A DNA stretch of 64,000 nt, from positions 1 to 64,000 of the IMG/VR virus record IMGVR_UViG_2565956960_000004; one strand, given 5' to 3'. Source of the DNA: a virus (Duplodnaviria > Caudoviricetes). Below the pieces are notes generated by a model. It was not told the origin of the DNA. It saw only the letters and a program-made list of their open reading frames with translations, and made no database searches. Below, one piece after another: positions 28,751 to 38,401 of this stretch. Within the stretch, counting starts at the first letter, position 1, and every line of letters starts with the position of its first letter. A program made the translations under genes and the position numbers.

Positions 28751-30176
28751 TTTTGAAGCTCGCCTTGTTGCGAATCTAGATGATTATGAAATTTTAGAAC
28801 TCTATAACGCTCAAGATCCTTTGGTTTTAAAGTATCTGCGTTCAGTTGGGGCTTACTTGGCTTTGTTTAGTCAGGAAGTAGATATCTCCGAAATAGAACC
28901 ATTTATAAAAACAAGAGACCGCTCAATTATTGCCGATGCAACCAATAAAGGCATTTTACCCGTCGGTATGCCAGCACAACATTATCTGGAAGTTATTAAC
29001 AGATCGCCAAACAGCGTAACACTGAGTCAAGGTCGCATAATTGAAGATAACAGCGGCGGTAGGCCATGGCGCTTACTTCAATCCGTGACGGTAAATGCGG
29101 GTGAAATAGGTGAGGTTTTAGTTGAGCAAAGCGAATATAGGGAAATTCAATACACAATTCAGAATATGGAGAGTTTTCTTCGCATTGAGCTGCAATTGCG
29201 TGATGACTTATCTTTAGCTGGAATAACTGTTAGAGATAATAACAATCAAATATACAGCTTAAAAAAGCGTTGGATGAATGTTGCACCTATGGAATATGCA
29301 TTCAATCTTACGACTGATAGCTTACGTCGTTTGTTTATTGAATTTGGTGATGATGAACGTGCAGGTAGAACAGCACAAGCGAACCAAGTTTTCATCTTCG
29401 GATTATTGGAAACCTATGGTGAGGTTGATGTTTCACGTTTAAAAGATGCTTCATTAGTTGAGGTTCTAACCACAGATGAAACAAAGGTTTCTGTGAGATT
29501 TAAACAAGGTGGAAGTGTAAGAGCTGGTGCCGACCCGTTAAATACATCACAACTTAGAGTACTTTCAACCTATCCAGCACTGTATGACGAAAATGCTGTG
29601 TTCTTGGGAAACTTTGATTATTCAGTACGTCAAAAATTCATGGCAAGATGCCATTACATTGCTGTATGGAATGAGAACGAACAAGATCGATACTACGGCG
29701 TGACTTATCTGGATATTAATCATTTACATATTGCTATTGTTGCAAAGAATGCCGCAGAACAAAGCAATTTAGAACAAGAGATAATCCAGTACATAGGCCA
29801 ACTGGATAGTTTATATAAGGAACGAGTCCGAGTTCATGCAGTAGTTGAAAAGCCTTTTGCTCTTACTTTAAATGGCCGTTTAGCTGCAGTACATGATGTG
29901 GATGGAGTTAAGGCACAAATTAGAGGTTTACTTGTTGACCGTTACGGACGGACTAAGCTAAGTGCGAGCCGCTGGTTAGTGAATGGATTTAACTCACAGG
30001 AAATTGCAACGCAGCTTAGAAAAAACATTACGGCATTTCAGGACAATATCAGTGACTTTTCTCTGATAGTACCAATTCCAGTTAATAAACCGCACGAATG
30101 GGTTTATATCGATCCGAATAGCATTTCATTGAATTTAGAGCGCACCGCTGAAACGGGGGCCGCATGGACAATATAA
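28734..30176 (+). CDS. baseplate wedge protein (P1 BplA / gpJ-like)
   Basis: FIKTRDRSIIADATNKG, EFGD, GADP, AVWNE motifs. Confidence 0.75.
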   Translation: MLTQADFEARLVANLDDYEILELYNAQDPLVLKYLRSVGAYLALFSQEVDISEIEPFIKTRDRSIIADATNKGILPVGMPAQHYLEVINRSPNSVTLSQGRIIEDNSGGRPWRLLQSVTVNAGEIGEVLVEQSEYREIQYTIQNMESFLRIELQLRDDLSLAGITVRDNNNQIYSLKKRWMNVAPMEYAFNLTTDSLRRLFIEFGDDERAGRTAQANQVFIFGLLETYGEVDVSRLKDASLVEVLTTDETKVSVRFKQGGSVRAGADPLNTSQLRVLSTYPALYDENAVFLGNFDYSVRQKFMARCHYIAVWNENEQDRYYGVTYLDINHLHIAIVAKNAAEQSNLEQEIIQYIGQLDSLYKERVRVHAVVEKPFALTLNGRLAAVHDVDGVKAQIRGLLVDRYGRTKLSASRWLVNGFNSQEIATQLRKNITAFQDNISDFSLIVPIPVNKPHEWVYIDPNSISLNLERTAETGAAWTI

Positions 30177-31297
30177 ATTTCACACGTCCTATTGATGAGC
30201 AGCCGAACAATCACGCAGGTTTAGAAACTGCCATGGCAAGGGCTTTAAAGAAAGTCTTTGCGGAAGTATTTCAAGATCAACTGCAAAATATTCTCGATTA
30301 TGGTGCCCCGCACATTGGCAGCCCAGAAGTCATTGAGCGCTTTTCGAAACAGGATGGCCTAGTTGTATTACGCCGTCCTGTTTCATCAGACAAATTAATG
30401 CGTGTGATCTATGCGAACTGGTCGAGTATGGCAAGTGAGCGCGGGTTAGGCTTTCTAGAGTTTGTAATGCGCATGCTATGGTCAGATCAATGGCAAATTA
30501 AAAGGATGTGGCATCCGGTTAGCTCTTATCAAAGCTATCCGCAATACATTATTGATGAAGAACGTCCTAATCATTTTCTGACAAGCAGAATCCGAATAAC
30601 AATTGATGAGACAGTGGATTTATCCGAGATTGTCGAACTTTCGCCAATTCTTAGAAGGCTGGTACCCGCAAATATTGTTGTAAAAGTGAATGCAAAAGAA
30701 TTAGATGTTAATGGGGAGTTTCCTATAGGTGTTGGCTTAGTCAGCAAAACTTACATGGTTGATGATCAGAGTGTTGGAATTCTTGATAACAAGCCAACTA
30801 ATGAAACGCCACTTCAAGAATTTGATTTTGCCGTGATTCGCTATATTTGGGACAGTAATGGTGGTGAAGATTTAGATACCAGAACGAGAGTAATCAATCC
30901 AGCGAGAAATACAGATGTTGGTTGGGGCCGTGCTAGTGTGGATGGCGAGTATTTGCATTGGAATGGTGACAATACTGGAAGTGGTGTTGAATCGGTGTTG
31001 CTGAACCTTAATGCATTGACGAATGACTATGCTGATCAGGTATTTCAAATTGCATTAAGGTCTTATTGGTTCCGTACTAAAGTGACAGGGGATTTTAAAA
31101 TTCAATTTGAATCATACAAAGGTGGCACTATGCAGCCAAACGGATTTGACTTTATCAATACTGGCGGCGTGTTGGTTCAATCAATTACTCTAAATACGAA
31201 TGTCCAAATGCAAAACAACTCTAATGTTGACGGTGAAGATGTCGCCGTATTGACTTATAACAGTGTTGCAAAAGTAGGGCGGCTTAACTTGGTTTAA
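30164..31297 (+). CDS. baseplate wedge protein with extra C-terminal beta domain
   Basis: ERGLGFLEFV...SRIRI...LRRLVPANIV; C-terminal DLDTRT...GDNTGSGVESV (YfaP-like). Confidence 0.65.
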   Translation: MDNINFTRPIDEQPNNHAGLETAMARALKKVFAEVFQDQLQNILDYGAPHIGSPEVIERFSKQDGLVVLRRPVSSDKLMRVIYANWSSMASERGLGFLEFVMRMLWSDQWQIKRMWHPVSSYQSYPQYIIDEERPNHFLTSRIRITIDETVDLSEIVELSPILRRLVPANIVVKVNAKELDVNGEFPIGVGLVSKTYMVDDQSVGILDNKPTNETPLQEFDFAVIRYIWDSNGGEDLDTRTRVINPARNTDVGWGRASVDGEYLHWNGDNTGSGVESVLLNLNALTNDYADQVFQIALRSYWFRTKVTGDFKIQFESYKGGTMQPNGFDFINTGGVLVQSITLNTNVQMQNNSNVDGEDVAVLTYNSVAKVGRLNLV

Positions 31298-31298
31298 T

Positions 31299-31339
31299 TG
31301 GAACTATCCAAAAACGCTAAATCTTAGCAATGGTTTTAT
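31299..31339 (+). promoter_or_regulatory. late promoter motif 4
   Basis: TGGAAC-N29-TTTTAT (weaker -10). Confidence 0.55.
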
Positions 31340-31387
31340 GTATTTGTTTAATGAAGAAACGACATAAACCATTGTTAGGATTTATAC

Positions 31388-31843
31388 ATGACCCAAGAAA
31401 ATAATGAAGAATTTGCACTCGTTACAGATGTTGGTAGTGATGGCAACCTTATCGTGGAACAATTTTTAGGATTCGCTAATCGTGATGTAAACGATGAGGA
31501 GTTCGAGCAGGTTCTTACAGGCCAGCCCGTTGATGGAATTACGGCATATCAGCCAGGTACATACTATAAAATTTCCGCTGATCCTACTTCGATTGATTAT
31601 AACGAGCCTTTTGATATTCATATCCATTTTCAGGCTGGCCCAACAGTGATTGATGGCATCAATGGAGCCACCAACGAATCACTTTTAAAAATTTTGATTC
31701 ACCGCACCAAACTTTTAGATGCACAGTTCCCATCAGAGCAGAATAAACAAGCCATTGTTTCACTAGAAAGTGCTTTAGAAGCTTTCAATGCACGTACAGC
31801 CGAACGTCAGGAACGTGGTGCTGAAGGTCAACATATTGAATAA
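31388..31843 (+). CDS. Tad1/Acb2-family anti-defence nucleotide-sponge protein
   Basis: IHFQAGP...GINGATNESLLKILIHR...FPSEQNKQAIVSLESAL...RTAERQERGAEG matches the Tad1 FQxGP..GVNG..NE..ENxxAIxKLEEAL..RTxxRxxRGVEG signature. Confidence 0.8.
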   Translation: MTQENNEEFALVTDVGSDGNLIVEQFLGFANRDVNDEEFEQVLTGQPVDGITAYQPGTYYKISADPTSIDYNEPFDIHIHFQAGPTVIDGINGATNESLLKILIHRTKLLDAQFPSEQNKQAIVSLESALEAFNARTAERQERGAEGQHIE

Positions 31844-31856
31844 CCGTTTTAACTCA

Positions 31857-31890
31857 GCCCTAAGCAAAGTTGCCTAGGGCTTTTTTTATT
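31857..31890 (+). terminator. rho-independent terminator
   Basis: GCCCTAAGCAA...TTGCCTAGGGCTTTTTTT. Confidence 0.7.
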
Positions 31891-31905
31891 TTAATAGAGG
31901 ATTTA

Positions 31906-32109
31906 ATGATGCGTATTAGTCGTCTCGCTTTAATGGGTGCTTTGGGTGTGATTATGTCTGGAACGGGCGCAGTTCCTGTTAGTGCTGTACCTCGGTCACA
32001 TAGTAAGTTCTCAATTCCTGAATTTCACCCCACTAAGATTGATAAAAAACCTAATAAGTTAAGCCAAAAGAAACGTCGTATTAGAAAGCGTCAACTCGGG
32101 AATCATTAA
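31906..32109 (+). CDS. small basic protein
   Basis: GAGGA RBS; hydrophobic N-terminus, KPNKLSQKKRR tail. Confidence 0.6.
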   Translation: MMRISRLALMGALGVIMSGTGAVPVSAVPRSHSKFSIPEFHPTKIDKKPNKLSQKKRRIRKRQLGNH

Positions 32110-32139
32110 AAGTTATCCCCCTAAATTTAGGGGGATTTT

Positions 32140-33090
32140 TTATTTACTCACTGCTGCAATTTTCATCGAACTTAAATAATTTTCAACTGTATGAATATTT
32201 TGGAAATCTTTTACTGCAAAACCCGCACCAGTAGCAGTAGGAAAAAGTGTAGCCGCAGTTACATTGTAGAGTTCACAAAGTTTGAGTAATTCAGTGGCTT
32301 GCGAATAAGGAATAGTAAATTTATGCAAATCATCTATGAAAAACATATCGGAGGTATCAATGGTTCTTGAGGAGTCAAATATTGACATCCCTTGAATTTC
32401 TTCCGAATCAAATTTAAAAGCAATGTCACGCAATATTGTAAAACATCCTTGTTGAGCAGCTACATGAGAATTAATCCCACTTGGAATACGTACAATATTA
32501 ATTGGGAAATCGCTATCTGGCTTAGGTATACCCAAATTATGGCTAATAGTATTAATTTTTGCAGTTTCCAAAATCCATACAGCAAGATTTCGCTCTAAAT
32601 TTGGATTAATTCCATTAATAATTTCACTAGCCATAATTTTTATTGCTTCGCTAGCACTAAAATAAATTGCTACGAATGATCTGTAACTCCAGTCTAAAAA
32701 TCTAGTTGATACGCCATAATGCTGAGCAAATGCTAAAATTTCATAGAATTCTGGATGTGGCCATTTTGATTTGTATTCTAAGTCATAGTAACCAAGCAAA
32801 CTTTTTAACTTTTTATGTATTGATGGAGTGAGGCCTGGTACTTGAATACCAATATTATCGCAATAATCAATAAATGTTAGAATTAAAAGGACTTCATCTT
32901 CTGTTTGTTGAAAAATAGATTTTTTTTGAAAACTACGGGTGGAATTAGGTGCAAGTAACCAATTTGAATCACCTTGACCGCGATAAACAGGATATCTGTA
33001 ATGACCAATTAATTTTACAATCTCTTCTGGTCTTAGCTGATCCCAAAACAATTTGGCATCATCAAAATGATGTGTTTTATAAGAAGGCAT
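32140..33090 (-). CDS. FRG-domain protein (moron, putative defence)
   Basis: YRGQ, AQHYGVSTRFLDWS, AAQQGCF; opposite strand and AT-rich; hairpin at 32115-32140. Confidence 0.88.
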   Translation of the reverse strand: MPSYKTHHFDDAKLFWDQLRPEEIVKLIGHYRYPVYRGQGDSNWLLAPNSTRSFQKKSIFQQTEDEVLLILTFIDYCDNIGIQVPGLTPSIHKKLKSLLGYYDLEYKSKWPHPEFYEILAFAQHYGVSTRFLDWSYRSFVAIYFSASEAIKIMASEIINGINPNLERNLAVWILETAKINTISHNLGIPKPDSDFPINIVRIPSGINSHVAAQQGCFTILRDIAFKFDSEEIQGMSIFDSSRTIDTSDMFFIDDLHKFTIPYSQATELLKLCELYNVTAATLFPTATGAGFAVKDFQNIHTVENYLSSMKIAAVSK

Positions 33091-33125
33091 AATTTAACTC
33101 TAAATTTTAGGTGAAATATAATAAA

Positions 33126-33165
33126 TGGAACTGGTTAAAATTTAAATAATTAAAACCCCGAAAAT
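33126..33165 (+). promoter_or_regulatory. late promoter motif 5
   Basis: TGGAAC-N28-GAAAAT. Confidence 0.75.
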
Positions 33166-33197
33166 AGCCCTAATACACAATATATTGGGGCTTTTTC

Positions 33198-34124
33198 ATG
33201 ACTGCAATAAAAGGTCGTAAGACAAAAAAAATTAAATACAACCTGTATGAACGGGGGCGTTTGCATTCTGGAAAAGACCGTAGCAATGTTGATATGAAAG
33301 AAATGATCAAGCGGATTAATGATCCTACGGTTCAGGACATGATCAAGTCTGGTACTTTCTTTGGTTACAACGGGCATGAAATACGCCAGCGCTATGGAAT
33401 GAATCCGCCAGATTCCGTCATCATTGATGGAAAGGTTGTCTATTTAGAACGATCAATAAGAACACTTGAATCATATGCTGAACCCAATGGTGATGTAACT
33501 CACGTCCATGAATTTCTAGAAAATGAATCGGGTGAATATGCTCGTAAGCAGTATCTTGCGCGGGCGGGTGGCTTTAGTTCAGCACAAAACTATAAACGGG
33601 CAGGTCTCGGATTAATTCCAGTTGGATTTTATGGTTTCGACTACGTGATGCAGCCGAACTATGCCACTAATGTTGGGGATGGACAGTTATTCGATGGATT
33701 GGCAATTCCCGAAGAACAAGATGGCGTTGTAGCTAGTTTCGATGATGCTACAGATGTCACACAACTTTCAGCTGCTGATGCAATGATCGCCCACTTACTT
33801 GAACAACAAATCGTTCGAGATTTTGACAATATCCGCATCCAATCTCAGTTATTAAATATGAATGGTCAAGCTCTTGACCAGATTGATGTTCTTTCACATC
33901 AAATTGCAAACAAAGAAAAACGGGAAGCTCTCCAAGCACAACGCCAGCATGATCTCTATACAGGTATGGTGGGAGAAGTCCGTTCATTCGATTCTGTGTG
34001 TGAAGAAGCGGATAACCTGCTTACTAAATGCGATTTAGCGCGTATGCGAATCAATGGGGAAACGCCAAAACAGAACAGCACTAAGACAAAAACTTTTAAA
34101 AGTATCTTTAGATTCGGAGGGTAA
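33198..34124 (+). CDS. pro: prohead protease (P1 Pro-like)
   Basis: FGYNGH..R, NGDVTH.HEFL, AGGFSSA, GFDYVMQPNY parallel P1 Pro. Confidence 0.75.
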   Translation: MTAIKGRKTKKIKYNLYERGRLHSGKDRSNVDMKEMIKRINDPTVQDMIKSGTFFGYNGHEIRQRYGMNPPDSVIIDGKVVYLERSIRTLESYAEPNGDVTHVHEFLENESGEYARKQYLARAGGFSSAQNYKRAGLGLIPVGFYGFDYVMQPNYATNVGDGQLFDGLAIPEEQDGVVASFDDATDVTQLSAADAMIAHLLEQQIVRDFDNIRIQSQLLNMNGQALDQIDVLSHQIANKEKREALQAQRQHDLYTGMVGEVRSFDSVCEEADNLLTKCDLARMRINGETPKQNSTKTKTFKSIFRFGG

Positions 34125-34129
34125 TTCTA

Positions 34130-34936
34130 ATGACATTACCCAAAGACTCACTTAAATGCATTCAAGATGCTTGGTACAAGCTTTTAGTAGATTTTCGCGC
34201 CTGGTATATGCCAGAAACAATACTGACCAATGAGTGGAAAAAACGCGATATTGGGATTGCTATCAAATCGTGCCAAAGCCGGTTAATAGATGACTCTGAA
34301 GCTATGCTGGCAGAGTATCGGAAAAATCAGAATACCGATGTCGTCGCAGGTGCCACGGCGTTTATGCCAATTATGTTGACTGCTACAGCAACAATTGATC
34401 AGCCACCCGATACTATGCAGTTGCTACCTATGCCTTATTTAGTGCCGGTGGTGATTGGTGATAAGCAGGTAAGAATCCGCTTAATAGCGAAGACTGTAAG
34501 AGCTCAAATCGCCTTCTTTGCAACAAATTCTCATGATGCTAAATCGGTGTGTGATCAATTTTGTGCATATGTGCAGAATGAAGATAAACGCCGTTTTGCT
34601 GTGCCTTTTGATATGGGTAATGGGCATATCCAAAATAGTACTTTTACTATTTTTGAAAATCAGTTGTTTCCTTCACCAGTGCCAGGCGAAGCAATTAACC
34701 TTTCGATATTCACAGTTGATGCCCAGTTGGTCGGTTATGCACCTCAAATTTTGGGTTTAGGCGGGCCAAATGATAATGATACGGGCAATGGTTATGACCC
34801 CGAAGGAAAACCAATTGAAAAGCCTGATCATGGTTTAGTTGTGGTCCAAGCTGATCAATTTGCAGAGGATGGGCATACGCGAGTTATAGCTGATAAAGAT
34901 ACTGGTGAGATTACCGTGGAGCACATCAATGACTGA
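34130..34936 (+). CDS. virion protein (tail terminator / P1 gp24-like, putative)
   Basis: Position in a late operon; MPIML and AQIAFFA pattern. Confidence 0.45.
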   Translation: MTLPKDSLKCIQDAWYKLLVDFRAWYMPETILTNEWKKRDIGIAIKSCQSRLIDDSEAMLAEYRKNQNTDVVAGATAFMPIMLTATATIDQPPDTMQLLPMPYLVPVVIGDKQVRIRLIAKTVRAQIAFFATNSHDAKSVCDQFCAYVQNEDKRRFAVPFDMGNGHIQNSTFTIFENQLFPSPVPGEAINLSIFTVDAQLVGYAPQILGLGGPNDNDTGNGYDPEGKPIEKPDHGLVVVQADQFAEDGHTRVIADKDTGEITVEHIND

Positions 34937-35438
34937 AATTATTAAAATTGATGCTCGTGTAACCGGATTTTCAAATGATCCTACCAGGCTAATCAGTCTA
35001 TGCATTCCCGAGACTGGGGAAATTTTAGTTCAACAAATTGAAATTTTTACGACGTTACCAGTGAGACCAGATCAACAGGCCGATACGATTGTTGTCACAG
35101 ATTCACCTAATCTAATCCAAAACTGGCAATTGAAATTTGACCCAAGAGAGCATCTGGAAGAAGTGATTCAAATCTATCAAACAAGCTTTCGTGCGGGTTT
35201 GGTTGAGTTCGAAAAATCTTTAGAACGCTACAATCCAATGAATATTTTGCAGGTCCGTAAAATTGATAAAAATGGATTACAGCAAGAGTTTGACAGTGGC
35301 TCATTAGATAATGGTCATATCGCTGCGCTTATCACAATCTGGGCAAGTCATAAAATTGCGGTTTCACATGCCGTCACATCTAAAGAGGAAGTAAAAGAAG
35401 AATATATCGATAGAACCATGTTGCCGTTTAGTATTTAA
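34929..35438 (+). CDS. hypothetical protein upstream of terminase
   Basis: GGAG RBS; overlaps the previous gene. Confidence 0.7.
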   Translation: MTEIIKIDARVTGFSNDPTRLISLCIPETGEILVQQIEIFTTLPVRPDQQADTIVVTDSPNLIQNWQLKFDPREHLEEVIQIYQTSFRAGLVEFEKSLERYNPMNILQVRKIDKNGLQQEFDSGSLDNGHIAALITIWASHKIAVSHAVTSKEEVKEEYIDRTMLPFSI

Positions 35439-35447
35439 CGGTGACGT

Positions 35448-37445
35448 ATGGCTCTAAAACCTCTCAAGTACATTCCCGAATGGTGGGAACTCTGTGCACG
35501 TTATCGATATGACATCTATGCCTTTGCTGTAGAGGCATTGGGTGTTACACCGACATGGCAACAAGAATTACTTTTTGAATCTATCCAGTTTGATGGTAGC
35601 CGAACCTCTGTAGCTTCTGGACATGGCTGCTTCGGCAAAGGCACAAAAATCCGCTTGGCTAATGGCAAATGGAAGCGTGTCGAAAAAATAACAATAAATG
35701 ATGCCGTGATGGGCACAGATGGCTTTACGCCGCGGGAAGTGATTAAGGTCGTCAGAGGATATCAAGAGCTTTACCAGTTTGAATATGCAAACGGTTCAAA
35801 GCATGTCTATAACAAATCACATATCCTTTGTTTAGTCTCACTTGAATCTAAAAACGGCTGGAAAGCTGGCGATACCATGGAAGTATTGGTATCGAAGTAT
35901 CTTGAATGGCCCGAAGAAACAAAGCGTCTATTCGCAGCCTATGAGCTAAAACATAGAAAATTCCAGCCAGTCAAAATTAATAATGTCACCACTTTGGGAG
36001 AGGGGGATTATTACGGCTTTGTACTGGATGGTGATGCCACTTTTCTTACTGCTGATGGAATGGTCCACCACAACACGGGTAAAACAGCTTCAGCCGGTAT
36101 CGTTGCACTCTGGCACTTATTGTTCTTTCAAGATTCAATTACGATGTTTACTGCGCCGCAAATCGGGCAGTTAAAGAAACAAGTCTGGAAAGAAATCAGT
36201 ATTAATCTGGGAAGACTCAAAGCTGGTCCACTGGCATGGCTTGCAGACTATGTAGGTTATCAGTCTGAATTCGTATATATAAAGGGTTATAAGGCAGAGT
36301 GGTACATCTTTGCAAAAACAGCACCAAAGCATCAGCCAACGAATTTAGCGGGGAACCATGCTGATAATTACCTGCTATGGGGTGATGAAGCCAGTGGTAT
36401 TGCTGATGAAATTTGGGATGTTGCTTTAGGGGCGTTAACTCACGATGATAACCGTGCAGTAATGACCTCACAGCCAACACGTAATGCGGGCATGTTCTAT
36501 GAAACACATCATAAGCTTAGTCACAGGGCGGGCGGTGTCTGGATTGCATTAACGTTCAATGGTGAAGAATCTCCACTAGTAAGTAAGCAATCATTAGAAG
36601 AACAACGACAAAAATACGGTAGCCGTGACGACCCACAATATCAAATCCGGGTTTTAGGACAATTCCCAGACCGGTCGGATGAATTCTTGATTACCAAACG
36701 CCAGGCAGATGACATGTATGTCGGCGCGTCAATTTTTGCCGAACATATTTTTGGTTATGTCATAACTGTTGACGTTGGTGGCGGGGGTGGCCGTGATGAT
36801 TCTGTAATTGCAGTATCAAAAGTATGGGGAGAAGCCCAGTGGGGGGATCGGGCACGCCGTGTAGAAGTCGTTGATATTCCACTTTGTAAGAATAAGGATG
36901 ATATCACTGAGCTCTTTGCCAAGATCAATGAATGTATCCTGAAATACCCAAATGCCACTCTGGTGGTTGATGATAATGGCGCGGGTAAAGGCTTAGGACA
37001 ACTCCTTAAAAAGAATGGTATCTGGTATATGCCAGTGTATTGGGGTGGTGCATGCTTCAACAATGATAATCGTAAAGAGTACGTGAATAAGCGAGCTCTG
37101 GCCTATGTTTGCTTAAAACGTGCAATTGAATCTGGGCGATTCAAAGTTAAAACCAAAAAATTCAAAGTTAAGATTCAGGACCAGATTATCAAAATCCCTT
37201 ACACGTTTGATGAGCACAGTCGATACAAGATCCTGAGTAAAGATGAAATGAAGCGCCAGGGGATCAAATCACCCGATCTTGGTGATGTATTTGCATTCTT
37301 GTTCTTGGAAAATGTGTTCTATACAGAAGCATATGAGAATGTGATTGTTGCCGATGATAGCCCAGAAGCCCAAGAACGAGCAGAGCGTAAATCACGTTTT
37401 GATAAGTTGAAGAATGCAGCTAAAGATTTAGCAAATAAGGGGTAA
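35448..37445 (+). CDS. pacB: terminase large subunit (P1 PacB-like) containing an intein
   Basis: VASGHG[intein]TGKT Walker A, DEASG Walker B, SQPTR, VDVGGG..RD, KSPDLGD nuclease. Confidence 0.92.
   Translation: MALKPLKYIPEWWELCARYRYDIYAFAVEALGVTPTWQQELLFESIQFDGSRTSVASGHGCFGKGTKIRLANGKWKRVEKITINDAVMGTDGFTPREVIKVVRGYQELYQFEYANGSKHVYNKSHILCLVSLESKNGWKAGDTMEVLVSKYLEWPEETKRLFAAYELKHRKFQPVKINNVTTLGEGDYYGFVLDGDATFLTADGMVHHNTGKTASAGIVALWHLLFFQDSITMFTAPQIGQLKKQVWKEISINLGRLKAGPLAWLADYVGYQSEFVYIKGYKAEWYIFAKTAPKHQPTNLAGNHADNYLLWGDEASGIADEIWDVALGALTHDDNRAVMTSQPTRNAGMFYETHHKLSHRAGGVWIALTFNGEESPLVSKQSLEEQRQKYGSRDDPQYQIRVLGQFPDRSDEFLITKRQADDMYVGASIFAEHIFGYVITVDVGGGGGRDDSVIAVSKVWGEAQWGDRARRVEVVDIPLCKNKDDITELFAKINECILKYPNATLVVDDNGAGKGLGQLLKKNGIWYMPVYWGGACFNNDNRKEYVNKRALAYVCLKRAIESGRFKVKTKKFKVKIQDQIIKIPYTFDEHSRYKILSKDEMKRQGIKSPDLGDVFAFLFLENVFYTEAYENVIVADDSPEAQERAERKSRFDKLKNAAKDLANKG
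35628..36074 (+). other. 149-aa mini-intein in the terminase P-loop
   Basis: Begins CFGKGT, block B NKSHIL, block F YYGFVLDG, ends VHHN followed by Thr; no LAGLIDADG domain. Confidence 0.92.
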
Positions 37446-37478
37446 ACTTGCTTCACCCCTTATTAACGGTTTATTTCG

Positions 37479-37673
37479 TTAAAAATAGTCTTTAATCAGA
37501 TTTTTAATCCAATCTATAAACTTGAAGCTTGAAATGCCATTAGCGATCAGTCTTAGCGTGTTGGAACATATTTTTAACATTTCCAACTTCATTTCGGCTT
37601 GTGTTTGCTGGCTAATTTTACTCGGCTTTTGCGGACTATTCTTGCGCTTATTTTTATTTCGGCGTTTTGACAT
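37479..37673 (-). CDS. small basic/amphipathic protein
   Basis: 64-aa ORF converging on the terminase; hairpin at about 37435-37463. Confidence 0.5.
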   Translation of the reverse strand: MSKRRNKNKRKNSPQKPSKISQQTQAEMKLEMLKICSNTLRLIANGISSFKFIDWIKNLIKDYF

Positions 37674-37779
37674 GATAGGTCTCTAGAATTAGATGATCTG
37701 TCAACACGTTCAGAAGTTATAAACGTAGATAGCCCTCCAAACGTGTCATTAAATACGTTTGGTCATGGGATGAAGCCTT

Positions 37780-38250
37780 TTAAGCAGAAATAGAGAGATT
37801 CTTTTGAATCGTGAAATTACGAATAACAATAAATATTAAGGGCAGGAAAATTGATAATATTGATCTAAAAATATTGTTGATGGGTGCTACGATAGATTTT
37901 TGATTAACTTTTAAAGTAATCAATAAAAGTAGGTTTTCTAAAGCTATAACATGATTTTGGTTCAAGACCGAAGAAGATTTATTTTTTTCAACTTTTTTAT
38001 GAATGGTAATGAGTTTGTCCATCCAGAACATTACTAATTTTTTGTTGTTCCAACTTTTCCTTATTTTATTCCAATTACGGAAAAAGTGATTTATAGGAAT
38101 GTTGGTATAATTAGCTATTTTCTCAAGTAATTCACAATGAGAGTAGATAAACATTGATCTATTATCAGTATTTGAACTTTCGATGATTTTTACCTCTGGT
38201 TCGTATATTAGTGGGACCCGAGGCGGTCTGAGCCTTTGTAGTTTTAACAA
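37780..38250 (-). CDS. AT-rich hypothetical protein (moron)
   Basis: AAGGAG RBS before a TTG start; hydrophobic C-terminus. Confidence 0.5.
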   Translation of the reverse strand: MLKLQRLRPPRVPLIYEPEVKIIESSNTDNRSMFIYSHCELLEKIANYTNIPINHFFRNWNKIRKSWNNKKLVMFWMDKLITIHKKVEKNKSSSVLNQNHVIALENLLLLITLKVNQKSIVAPINNIFRSILSIFLPLIFIVIRNFTIQKNLSISA

Positions 38251-38334
38251 ATTTTTGCTCCTTTAAAAATTGATGATTAATATATAAACAAAAACAAATT
38301 GCCAGTCAATGCACTATTTCCATTAGCTAATTAT

Positions 38335-38375
38335 TGGAACACTGGTAAAAAGGAAAGACTTATAATTTTCATAAT
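38335..38375 (+). promoter_or_regulatory. late promoter motif 6
   Basis: TGGAAC-N29-CATAAT. Confidence 0.75.
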
Positions 38376-38401
38376 AACCATAGTGGACAAATGGGTGAAC
38401 T

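Noticed and set aside
37562..37602. TGGAAC as a 15th late promoter
   Set aside because: Lies inside a reverse ORF, has no -10-like hexamer at the expected spacing, and no + strand gene follows
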